The notes under the pieces: model-generated
The model's input: only the letters and a program-made list of their open reading frames with translations
Told to the model about the DNA's origin: nothing
The model's database searches: none
Program-made: the position numbers and the translations under genes
Assembly (NCBI GenBank): GCA_020354945.1
Contig: CP070655.1
Span: 697,119 to 752,509 of the forward strand
Direction of reading: 5' to 3'
Source of the DNA: Candidatus Omnitrophota bacterium
GTDB lineage: Bacteria > Omnitrophota > Gorgyraeia > JABMRG01 > JAFGKX01
DNA: 55,391 bases
Shown here: positions 40,890-49,091 of the stretch, in pieces
How the letters are laid out: every line of letters starts with the position of its first letter
Position numbering within the stretch: the first letter of the stretch is position 1

Positions 40890-41468
40890 TCATAAAAAAA
40901 TACCCGTGTCAAACACAAATCCTTTATTTTTTAATTTTTTCATAATAATTTCCAAAGCAGCGGTTGTTTCTCGCCTGGGCCTTGCCTGCCTTATATTTGA
41001 GCCGTCATGTAACACTATGATGCTTTTATGTTTGGCTTGGGATATTACTCTCTCAGCTATAATCTTTGCAGGCGGGTTTTTCCAATCCTCCGGGTCGATG
41101 TCCCAGTTTACAATTCTGTATCCTCTTTTTTTAATAATATCTTCCGCTTTTTTATCGTAAAAACCATAGGGGGCGCGAAAAAATGCGGGTTTTATGCCAA
41201 GCACACCTAAAAATACCTTTTCTGCTTCTATTATCTGCTTTTTAATCCCGGTTTTGGGGAGTTTCTTCAGGTCTTTATGGGAAAAGGTGTGATTGCCTAT
41301 TATGTGGCCTTCCTCTTTAATCATTAAGGCAACCTTAGGGTGAAGTTTAACATTATGGCCTAATAAAAAGAAAATGGCCTTTATCCTGTATTTTTTAAGG
41401 ATATTCAGGATGATGGATGTATAAGGCGGATTGGGCCCATCATCAAAGGTAAGGATTATGCGCTTCAC
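40890..41468 (-). CDS. Polysaccharide deacetylase (NodB homology domain, CE4)
   Basis: 192 aa with TFDDGP, the HTFSH motif, and RAPYG and LHD motifs in NodB order. Confidence 0.88.
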   Translation of the reverse strand: MKRIILTFDDGPNPPYTSIILNILKKYRIKAIFFLLGHNVKLHPKVALMIKEEGHIIGNHTFSHKDLKKLPKTGIKKQIIEAEKVFLGVLGIKPAFFRAPYGFYDKKAEDIIKKRGYRIVNWDIDPEDWKNPPAKIIAERVISQAKHKSIIVLHDGSNIRQARPRRETTAALEIIMKKLKNKGFVFDTGIFL

Positions 41469-41530
41469 AGGAGTTATTGTAGCGGAATAATCTTAGAAAG
41501 TCAATCTCAGTTGTAGGCGTTAGATTAGAG

Positions 41531-41566
41531 GCAAATAAAAATGGGGACGCGCTTGAGCGCGTCCCC
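41531..41566 (-). terminator. Rho-independent terminator after the 835-aa gene
   Basis: 10-bp GC stem ggggacgcgc-ttga-gcgcgtcccc, followed on the minus strand by ATTTTTATTT. Confidence 0.8.
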
Positions 41567-41607
41567 TTCATCGGTGGGCCTTGACTAAATAAGGTGCATC
41601 TTGCGGT

Positions 41608-44115
41608 TTATACTGCCTCGAGAACGATTTTTCTCATTCTCTTGCGAGAATCATACTTGTCTTCTTCAGGCTCAACTGTAGTCCCGCGAATCTCTGTAGA
41701 ATTTTCAACCGCCTTTCTAAGAACCTCGAGTTGATCTCTAGATATCATGCCTTCCAAAGTTTCAATAGCATTGATAAGCGACTTGCGATGTGAAATATAC
41801 TGGCCTTCCGATGGCCGCATAATAACCTGAACTAACATACCAGCAATGTTTGGATTTGCGGCAATCGCAGCAATCAAGGCTTTGTTTTGTTCTGCCATAC
41901 GGAATAGCACCTCATTAGGCAGAGCGCCTGCCCTTTTGCCTACCGCAGCAACTGCATTTTGAACTTCAGGCGCAATCTCACCGGCAAGTGCTCCAATGTC
42001 AAACAATAAAATTGGTATACCTGCTTGTTGCAATACATCAACTATCTCTTCAGGAGTTTCAAACCTGTTGCTATAAACTGCTCTGTAGTATCTTTGTTTG
42101 CCGCCTGCAGTTTTAATCTCTGCCAATGTATTTAAGTCTGCTATTATACTTACTGCAAAATCAGTCGGCGCATATACTATCTCGCCGGTCTCAGTTTTTC
42201 CAACTTCAACCACTAAAGCATCCAAATCTGTAATTATAAGTTTAGTCTGATTATCAGCCGTTACTATTGGAAGAGATTGCTTGACTTCAGTAGCTTCAAA
42301 AGCACCCTCCTGCTGGATTAAAAGTGCCCTGCCGGCAGGGGTCGGTACTTCTACTGTTTCCAATTCCTCGCCAATTCCAGATATTGCTTCAGCAGGCTCC
42401 ATTAACGCTGATACTTCTTTTACAGGTTCAACAGTAGCAAGCTCACGAAGAACTTCTTCTTCCTCTAATCCCGCCGGGATAGACACTAGCTCAACCTCTT
42501 CCTCTAATGGCGCCGTAATACCAAGCTCTACTTCTTCAGTTGTTACTTCTCCAGTTCCTGAATCTTCTAGATAAATCACTCCTGTGCCAATCCTAATAAT
42601 TTGGGATGTAATACCTTCCCCGGCTGGCAACAGAAGGTCATAAACATTCATTGGAGCCATAAGCGTTACACCTGGAGTGGTCCGCACTCCAGCAAATGCC
42701 TCTTTAAGGTGGGTTATCTGTTCAGGCGTAATCTGGGCAATGTGCTCCGTCACCTTAGCTAGCTCATTTGAAACCTTAACAACTTCGCTATGGGTGGGTG
42801 TTTTTTCGTAGGCGTTGAACATATAAAGCACAATGGCCTCGTGAACTGCAGCATGCGCGAATTCTTGCTGTAATTTCTCACTAGATGCCTCCTCGGTTTC
42901 AGGATTGCCCATTAATCTAATCCTCCTGCTCTTAAAACCAACCTTTCCTGCAAAAGGTTTTAACCCTTTGCTAAATGCCTCTGTACCTTCATTCATGGCT
43001 GTTTTATAAGCTGGTACAGTTACATAGCCTGAAGAAAAAAGTTTAAGCATATAGGAGTAAAAATTTTCTCTTTCTGCTTTAACTTGCTGTTGGGTCGGTA
43101 GCGCACCAGTAGTCAGCTCTGCTAAGCCTTTATAAAATCTGCTTGATTCTGTGCTATTTAAGGCCAGTAAAAGGCGCAACAATGGTACAACCTCTGCTTG
43201 ATTTCCAATCTCAGTTACATTAACTTTGCCTTTTAATAATTCAGGTATATTGATAACATGCTCATTCGCTTCGCCTCTTTCAACAAATGGATTGATAAGA
43301 ACTCTACGCAAGGCATGTGCTGTCTCTCTAACCTTACCAGCTTCTTCAGTTGTAAGGCCTATGGGCACTTCCATAGCTTTCCCAAGCTTTGTTGTTTTTA
43401 TATCGATAGCCATTTCACCGTATATTTTTTGTGCTATAACAGGGCCAAGTTTATTTAAAAGTGTCTGCGTTATAATATTTAATTGCTCATGTTGGGGTGT
43501 AGGGAAAAATACTCTTATAAACTCATGTATAGACATTTTAGCCGCTGACTCTGGCAATAGCGTAACATCTGTTGGAGTTTCCGGCTGGGCCTGGGCTAGC
43601 TTAATTATTCCCGCTGGTGTAAGCTTGCCCGCAAGATTTGCAGGGATTCCGAGTTGCTCCCTTTGCAATGCTTCGGGTAATTGATTGATTGCTGCAGCAT
43701 ATAATGCGCGTTCTTCCTGGGGCCTGGTAGCCAAAGCTGCAATAAGTCCTGGCTGGGCCTGTTCCGGAGCAGTCTCCACTGCCACAACACTTTCTATTCT
43801 CTCCTGTTCCGGATTAGGAACAATGGCGTATAGAAAAGGCTGTTTGGGAACTTCTGGATTTATAGCCACGGCATAATATGTATTCCCTTCTGGTATTGCT
43901 TCTGTGACAAACTCGCTCATATCAGTAATAGCCTTAACTTGTTTATCAAGGTCTGCGCCGCGCTCAGCGGCTGTTTGGGCTGCTTTTAGATCTGAGCGAA
44001 AGTCAGCATTGTATATCGTTTCCACAACAGGGTTATAGCTAAACCCTGCCATCAACAACGCCGCTATAAACACTGCTTCCAAAGATAATATCACTTTCAT
44101 TCTATGCTTTTTCAT
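41608..44115 (-). CDS. 835-aa Ala/Glu/Pro-rich envelope protein with N-terminal membrane anchor, function unknown
   Basis: ATG 44115 lies 3 nt after the upstream stop and is preceded by AGGGGA. TM/signal KVILSLEAVFIAALLMAG; acidic stretch EEVELGITAPLEEEVELVSIPAGLEEEEV. No motif recognised. Confidence 0.7.
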   Translation of the reverse strand: MKKHRMKVILSLEAVFIAALLMAGFSYNPVVETIYNADFRSDLKAAQTAAERGADLDKQVKAITDMSEFVTEAIPEGNTYYAVAINPEVPKQPFLYAIVPNPEQERIESVVAVETAPEQAQPGLIAALATRPQEERALYAAAINQLPEALQREQLGIPANLAGKLTPAGIIKLAQAQPETPTDVTLLPESAAKMSIHEFIRVFFPTPQHEQLNIITQTLLNKLGPVIAQKIYGEMAIDIKTTKLGKAMEVPIGLTTEEAGKVRETAHALRRVLINPFVERGEANEHVINIPELLKGKVNVTEIGNQAEVVPLLRLLLALNSTESSRFYKGLAELTTGALPTQQQVKAERENFYSYMLKLFSSGYVTVPAYKTAMNEGTEAFSKGLKPFAGKVGFKSRRIRLMGNPETEEASSEKLQQEFAHAAVHEAIVLYMFNAYEKTPTHSEVVKVSNELAKVTEHIAQITPEQITHLKEAFAGVRTTPGVTLMAPMNVYDLLLPAGEGITSQIIRIGTGVIYLEDSGTGEVTTEEVELGITAPLEEEVELVSIPAGLEEEEVLRELATVEPVKEVSALMEPAEAISGIGEELETVEVPTPAGRALLIQQEGAFEATEVKQSLPIVTADNQTKLIITDLDALVVEVGKTETGEIVYAPTDFAVSIIADLNTLAEIKTAGGKQRYYRAVYSNRFETPEEIVDVLQQAGIPILLFDIGALAGEIAPEVQNAVAAVGKRAGALPNEVLFRMAEQNKALIAAIAANPNIAGMLVQVIMRPSEGQYISHRKSLINAIETLEGMISRDQLEVLRKAVENSTEIRGTTVEPEEDKYDSRKRMRKIVLEAV

Positions 44116-44118
44116 TTT

Positions 44119-45783
44119 TTATTCCCCTGCTTTTTCTTTGCTTAAATTTTTAAATATTAACTTATGCGCATCGGCAAAGTATTTTGCCGCCTGCTGAAAT
44201 ACTATTGCGTCAGGATTACTCCTTTTATTCCTTGTTAGCTGTTTATGCAGATGTTCCTCAAACGGGGTTCTTTCATTCATAAGCACTGATATATAAGGGT
44301 TATTTTCTTCGTCTAATTCATTCACTTTTGGAGTTACTACCAGGTAAGAGATACCCTTTTTCTTTAAAGCATCGATTATCCCTTCTGTGTGAAATCCTCC
44401 TGCTACTAAAATCGCCTGCTTTATATTAATCTGATTCATTTTATTTACGGTATTATCGACCAGTATTTTGTCTCTCTCTAAGGCCAAACTATAAAATTTT
44501 TCTAAATCCGGAAGCCGGGCATCAATCTTTCTAAATGCAGGATTGATGGTATATTTTATTCTATATTTGGGCGCATTTTCAGTAATAAAATTTATAAAAT
44601 TTGATGCCAGAAATTGGCTTCTGTTTTTTCTGTAATAATCCAGAGTCTTCGTTGTCAGTTTAAGGTTGGCTAAATTTTTCAAAACTTCAATATTTTTAGA
44701 TAATCTATCTATATCCCGTTCTATTTCCCTCATAAACTGCTTATTTTTAATCGCATCCTGTATCCTGTTAATCTCTTCAAAAAGCCCCATATGTTTAATA
44801 TCATTATATACTAATATATAATCTATATATTTTCCAAGCTCGGGATAATCTTCAAAATTAACCCTGGAGGCGTTATCGACAACTTCTTTTAGATATGAGT
44901 AAAATTCGACCGCTCCAATATCTGCTGTCTTAAAATGAAGGCTCATATCCAGAAGTTTTGACAGGTTTTCATCCTTTAATCTTTTGCTTAACTTCTCTAT
45001 GCATTTTGAGCGCTGGGTGTCAACCAGAGTAAAATCTATATCTTTTTCAAGCTCAAGCACCATTATAAGCTTGTTAAAATTACGCCAATTTTCCTTTTCT
45101 ATTTTATATCCAGCAATAAGCCCATTTAAATAAACTGCAAATTCTCCAAAGGAAACTTCTTCATTTTTATATGCTTGAATTTGATTATCGAGCATCAAAA
45201 GCTTTTTGTTATATGCCTTTTGTTTGAATTTACCCAGAATCGATTTTATATTGCCGCAGAAGGCATTGTTTTCGGCTCTGGTGTCTAATGAGCCCCTAAA
45301 GGCTTCTGCATTTTGTTTATACAGAGTTGTATTATCTGCCCCCCAGAATGCAAATGAACTCTTATTCATTATATGGGCATATGCAGCCCCGTCAATTCTT
45401 CCTCTCTTTACAAAGTAGCGGGCTACCTTTGCCTTAATCTCTTCGTCCGGGTAATTAGAAAAAGGCGCAGTCTCTAATCTACCGACAGAACCTTCTACCG
45501 TAACCAGTTTAAAATCGTGTTCATTTACTAGCTTATCTAGCATTTTATATATACTCTGCTGTGCATCGTAATTGCAATGCAAATCCTGAATATGAACGAT
45601 TAACAAATCGCTATAATTGTTGATATACTTATCTTTTATGGTGCCGAAGTTGTCAGGTATTGATAAATTAGAAAGAGATTTTACCTCTTGTATTCCATCA
45701 GCGCTTATAGCAATAGCGCTATTTATGCCTATAAAGCATAGTATAGCTATTATAACTATAAAATATCGTTTAAAATTACCCAT
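44119..45783 (-). CDS. Membrane-anchored protein, possibly of the TIKI/TraB/ChaN-type superfamily; function unknown
   Basis: The track start 45822 is TTG; ATG 45783 (MGNFKRYFIVIIAILCF) is preferred. IVHIQDLHCNYDAQ...LVTVEGSVG near the N-terminus and AILVAGGFHTEGI near the C-terminus resemble the paired GxxH/E motifs of that superfamily. This is from memory and is a weak call. Confidence 0.6.
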   Translation of the reverse strand: MGNFKRYFIVIIAILCFIGINSAIAISADGIQEVKSLSNLSIPDNFGTIKDKYINNYSDLLIVHIQDLHCNYDAQQSIYKMLDKLVNEHDFKLVTVEGSVGRLETAPFSNYPDEEIKAKVARYFVKRGRIDGAAYAHIMNKSSFAFWGADNTTLYKQNAEAFRGSLDTRAENNAFCGNIKSILGKFKQKAYNKKLLMLDNQIQAYKNEEVSFGEFAVYLNGLIAGYKIEKENWRNFNKLIMVLELEKDIDFTLVDTQRSKCIEKLSKRLKDENLSKLLDMSLHFKTADIGAVEFYSYLKEVVDNASRVNFEDYPELGKYIDYILVYNDIKHMGLFEEINRIQDAIKNKQFMREIERDIDRLSKNIEVLKNLANLKLTTKTLDYYRKNRSQFLASNFINFITENAPKYRIKYTINPAFRKIDARLPDLEKFYSLALERDKILVDNTVNKMNQINIKQAILVAGGFHTEGIIDALKKKGISYLVVTPKVNELDEENNPYISVLMNERTPFEEHLHKQLTRNKRSNPDAIVFQQAAKYFADAHKLIFKNLSKEKAGE

Positions 45784-45855
45784 TTCCCCATTCCCCGTTT
45801 TCACGTAGGCAAACTTTTCCAAAACTTTATTTCATATTTTTAAAATTACAACAAA

Positions 45856-45884
45856 AGTATACCATAAAAAACCCTTTTTGTCAA
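45856..45884 (-). promoter_or_regulatory. Near-consensus sigma70 promoter (TTGACA-17-TATACT) ahead of the 567/835-aa genes
   Basis: On the minus strand, TTGACA lies at 45884-45879 and TATACT at 45861-45856, with a 17-nt spacer. Confidence 0.55.
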
Positions 45885-45930
45885 GGGAAAAGTCTAATTT
45901 TTTTACCCCACGCAATGCATCGGCTAGGGG

Positions 45931-48900
45931 TTAAAATTTGCCCTTGTATATCAATCTTACTATATGCTGGGTATCTAAAGGGCCTATAGAGGTATATTCC
46001 TCGTAGTATTCTTTACCGTAACCTGTGTATTCACCAAACATTATGCTAAATGTTTGGTTAGGATTTAGAGCGTAATCAGCAGCTAAAAATACATTGTGGT
46101 GTCCGTCAAAATTTTCCCCTTCTCCGCCAATGGTATCTCTGTAGAGGTCTCTTATCATAGTATAATAATAAGACAAGCCCAATGTAAGTTTATTATCCGG
46201 CTTATATTCAAAGTTAATCCCTGTATGATTTACATTGTCATCTATTGTAGTGGCAAATCTATTTTCATTATATACATAGCTGGGTTCTATTTTCAGGGCA
46301 TCTATAGGATGGCATGCCAACCTTAATTTGTAGATATTGTAGTAACTATAAGGTGGCTGGTCGAATGAACTCTGGCTATATAAAAATGGCACTATCTTAT
46401 CGCAGAGAACCCCATCTCTGGTCTCTTGAGTTACCCACCCATTATTAAGAAGCCCTCTTGGCATATCCAGAGGATCATTTGTGACCTCATATATTGCCTG
46501 CAAAGATAGATTTTTCAATGCATCGTATTTTAAGCCAAGCGAAAAAGTTCCTATTGAAGGATCTTTTCCTTCTTCTATGATGTCGTTTTTCAGCCATACA
46601 TCCTTGTCGCTAAAATAATCGGTAAATGCTATATATGAAGTTTTTGCATTTATTAATGGGTCAATTCCTTCTTCGGTTTCCGGCAAATGTTTATATCTCA
46701 CCATACCTTTTGCCGTAAGTTTTGGAGTCCATTTATATTCTGCCTCCACCCTGGTGACATCTTCGATAAAATTCCCGCTGTCCGAACGGACATCTCTCCA
46801 GTCTAATCTAGTTATTAAGTCATTATTAGGTAAAAGCATAGGAAAAATTACTTTCGCATTTACATTGACAGCAATCCTATCTATATCGATGCCATTACCG
46901 AGCATTTCAGCCTCATTTTCAGGCTTTAAGTCATCAAAATAGATATGTTTTGCGTATATAGAATCCTTTCTTGTCATTCTATAGTTCGATAATCCCGGCA
47001 AGAAGTTATCATTCATATGGGCAAGACTTAAATTAAGCTCATAATGATCTCCAAAAGGGCGCAAATTGCCTTTGTTTTTAAACCCGATTGTGTAACCTGC
47101 GCCCCAGTAATCTCTATCATAATCATTTGCCTCTTCTATATTCGTAAAACTAAAAGCGCATTCTCCGTATATGCTTGTATCAGGAGAATATAAATACTGA
47201 CCGTCAGCGCCTATTACCTGATTCAATGCCTCTATATCCTGTTTATAAATGCCTAACTTTGTTGTGTATATACCAGCCAGTTTGGTATCGCCCATAGCGG
47301 GCAATTTTACCCTAACAGCCCCGGGAACGCTGCTTACCTCATCATAATAATCCCATAAGTTTCTTGGGGCAGCAAATGTAGACTCAATCGATAAAGCGTT
47401 ATCATAATTAGCAGAGGCGCTAATCCCTCTTAAAAATGTCAATCTTTCATAATCGCTATCCTTTGCTACAGATGAAAGCCTTCTTATCCACTGTCCCTGT
47501 TTTACAGGATTACCCGTCCTTGTAAAAACCCTGCTTGGTTCATATTCATCAAGCCAGGGGCTTTCTTCCCACCAGGCCTTATTGTTGGATAAACGCAGGG
47601 GGTCATCGCTGGTTAATGCCTCATCCTGGTTTGCCATAGGAAATAGTCTTATATGATAAGGCCCGTTGTCATAATCGACCCATAACTTCCTTATAGGGAC
47701 ATACATCCTATCTATAGTAGTTTCAGGGACAGTATATGTAGCCGGTCCCCAATCATTAAGGCCAAGATAGGCCTCTTCCGAGGTCTTGCCATCTATTACC
47801 TTGCTTTCCGACAAATTAACAATGTCTCCATTGTCAGCGCGATATGTCTCATTAAGAATCCTTCTTGCATTTGACCAATATTTCAAAGTCATATCTACAT
47901 TGGCGCCGCTTGAGCCTGTAACGGTTACGTCTTTCCTCCCGACAAATGTCCATGGGTCAACCACAATCTCTGAATAAGCGCTTAAATTTTGAGTAACCGG
48001 GCCTTCTGCCTCAACTCTAAGTCTTGAGTATATCTTTCTATCATACATATTATACATACGCTCGCCAAAAAGATATCGCCAGTTCTTCTCGCCTGGCACG
48101 CCGACATGATCGGCATTGGCGTCCTTCCATATAACATCATCTGATGTAAAACCTAATGCGGTTCTATATTCACCGCTTATTTTACCGGGCGCTATGCCGC
48201 TATTTATCTCTTGTGTTCCCTGCTGTATACTCTTGTCAATACCATTACTAAATTCTGCCGGGTCTAAATATTCACGATAAAAAGATTTCATTCTTTCCAT
48301 ACCGGAGACTTCATGGCGAACATGTTCTGGTGGAACTTCCTTAGCTATCCTTTTAGGCTTTTCTATTCTACGCCTTCTTTCAACATGCCGAGGTTTTTCA
48401 CGGACATATTCCGGTGGGGCTTTTTCTGCTTTTGCTGGTTTTTCTATCTCAGGAACTTTTTCTACTCTTTCTGGTCTTTTTACCATTTTCGGTTTTCTTG
48501 CCAGCTCTAGTTTTTCTTTTAAGCGCTCCCTTAACTCCTTAATAGGTCTTCTCCTAACAGGTCTTCTTGCAAGCGGCTTTCTGAATCGCCTCTTTTCAAC
48601 ACGCTCAAGAGCTACTGAGATAGCCTCTTCTCTCTCTCTGGCCATCTTTGACCTCTGCCTTTTTTTTAGCATCTTTTTTATGTACTCTATTCTTTGCTTA
48701 GCTTCCTTAGAAATAGGCTGCACCATTAATGCCTTTTTATATGCTTCTAAAGCAGCCTCTGGCTGATCGTTAACCAAATAGTCTTCCGCTTTCTCTATAT
48801 AATACTGATACACCTGTTTATGCTGGCAAGGCTGGAAGAAATTTGTTGCAACCTCTGCTCCGTAAGAAAAAGGGGTAGAGCTTAACAGAAAAGTAAAAAT

Positions 48901-48936
48901 AAGCCCTACCCTAAATAATTTTTTAATTACCTGCAT
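45931..48936 (-). CDS. ~1,000-aa outer-membrane protein: signal peptide, TPR-like helix pair, ~110-aa basic Pro/Lys/Arg/Glu linker, very large beta-rich C-terminal domain
   Basis: ATG 48936 (MQVIKKLF..) is preceded by GGGAGGTG; the track start 48951 is GTG. The linker reads RRPVRRRPIKELRERLKEKLELARKPKMVKRPERVEKVPEIEKPAKAEKAPPEYVREKPRHVERRRRIEKPKR. The C-terminus ..RLIYKGKF is typical of BAM substrates. Confidence 0.7.
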   Translation of the reverse strand: MQVIKKLFRVGLIFTFLLSSTPFSYGAEVATNFFQPCQHKQVYQYYIEKAEDYLVNDQPEAALEAYKKALMVQPISKEAKQRIEYIKKMLKKRQRSKMAREREEAISVALERVEKRRFRKPLARRPVRRRPIKELRERLKEKLELARKPKMVKRPERVEKVPEIEKPAKAEKAPPEYVREKPRHVERRRRIEKPKRIAKEVPPEHVRHEVSGMERMKSFYREYLDPAEFSNGIDKSIQQGTQEINSGIAPGKISGEYRTALGFTSDDVIWKDANADHVGVPGEKNWRYLFGERMYNMYDRKIYSRLRVEAEGPVTQNLSAYSEIVVDPWTFVGRKDVTVTGSSGANVDMTLKYWSNARRILNETYRADNGDIVNLSESKVIDGKTSEEAYLGLNDWGPATYTVPETTIDRMYVPIRKLWVDYDNGPYHIRLFPMANQDEALTSDDPLRLSNNKAWWEESPWLDEYEPSRVFTRTGNPVKQGQWIRRLSSVAKDSDYERLTFLRGISASANYDNALSIESTFAAPRNLWDYYDEVSSVPGAVRVKLPAMGDTKLAGIYTTKLGIYKQDIEALNQVIGADGQYLYSPDTSIYGECAFSFTNIEEANDYDRDYWGAGYTIGFKNKGNLRPFGDHYELNLSLAHMNDNFLPGLSNYRMTRKDSIYAKHIYFDDLKPENEAEMLGNGIDIDRIAVNVNAKVIFPMLLPNNDLITRLDWRDVRSDSGNFIEDVTRVEAEYKWTPKLTAKGMVRYKHLPETEEGIDPLINAKTSYIAFTDYFSDKDVWLKNDIIEEGKDPSIGTFSLGLKYDALKNLSLQAIYEVTNDPLDMPRGLLNNGWVTQETRDGVLCDKIVPFLYSQSSFDQPPYSYYNIYKLRLACHPIDALKIEPSYVYNENRFATTIDDNVNHTGINFEYKPDNKLTLGLSYYYTMIRDLYRDTIGGEGENFDGHHNVFLAADYALNPNQTFSIMFGEYTGYGKEYYEEYTSIGPLDTQHIVRLIYKGKF

Positions 48937-49054
48937 TCTAGCACCTCCCACCGATACACCGTTGCAAGACGAAGCCTAAGCAATCAGATGCCGTTTTTTT
49001 ATTATAGCATACTTTATAAAAAAATCAACCTCTATTTTATTATATTATTAAATA

Positions 49055-49091
49055 GGAACAGCAACCGTTTATTTTAAACGGTCGCTGTTCC
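49055..49091 (-). terminator. 17-bp hairpin overlapping the stop codon of GH94 gene 2
   Basis: ggaacagcaaccgttta-ttt-taaacggtcgctgttcc, followed by A/T-rich sequence on the minus strand. Confidence 0.6.
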
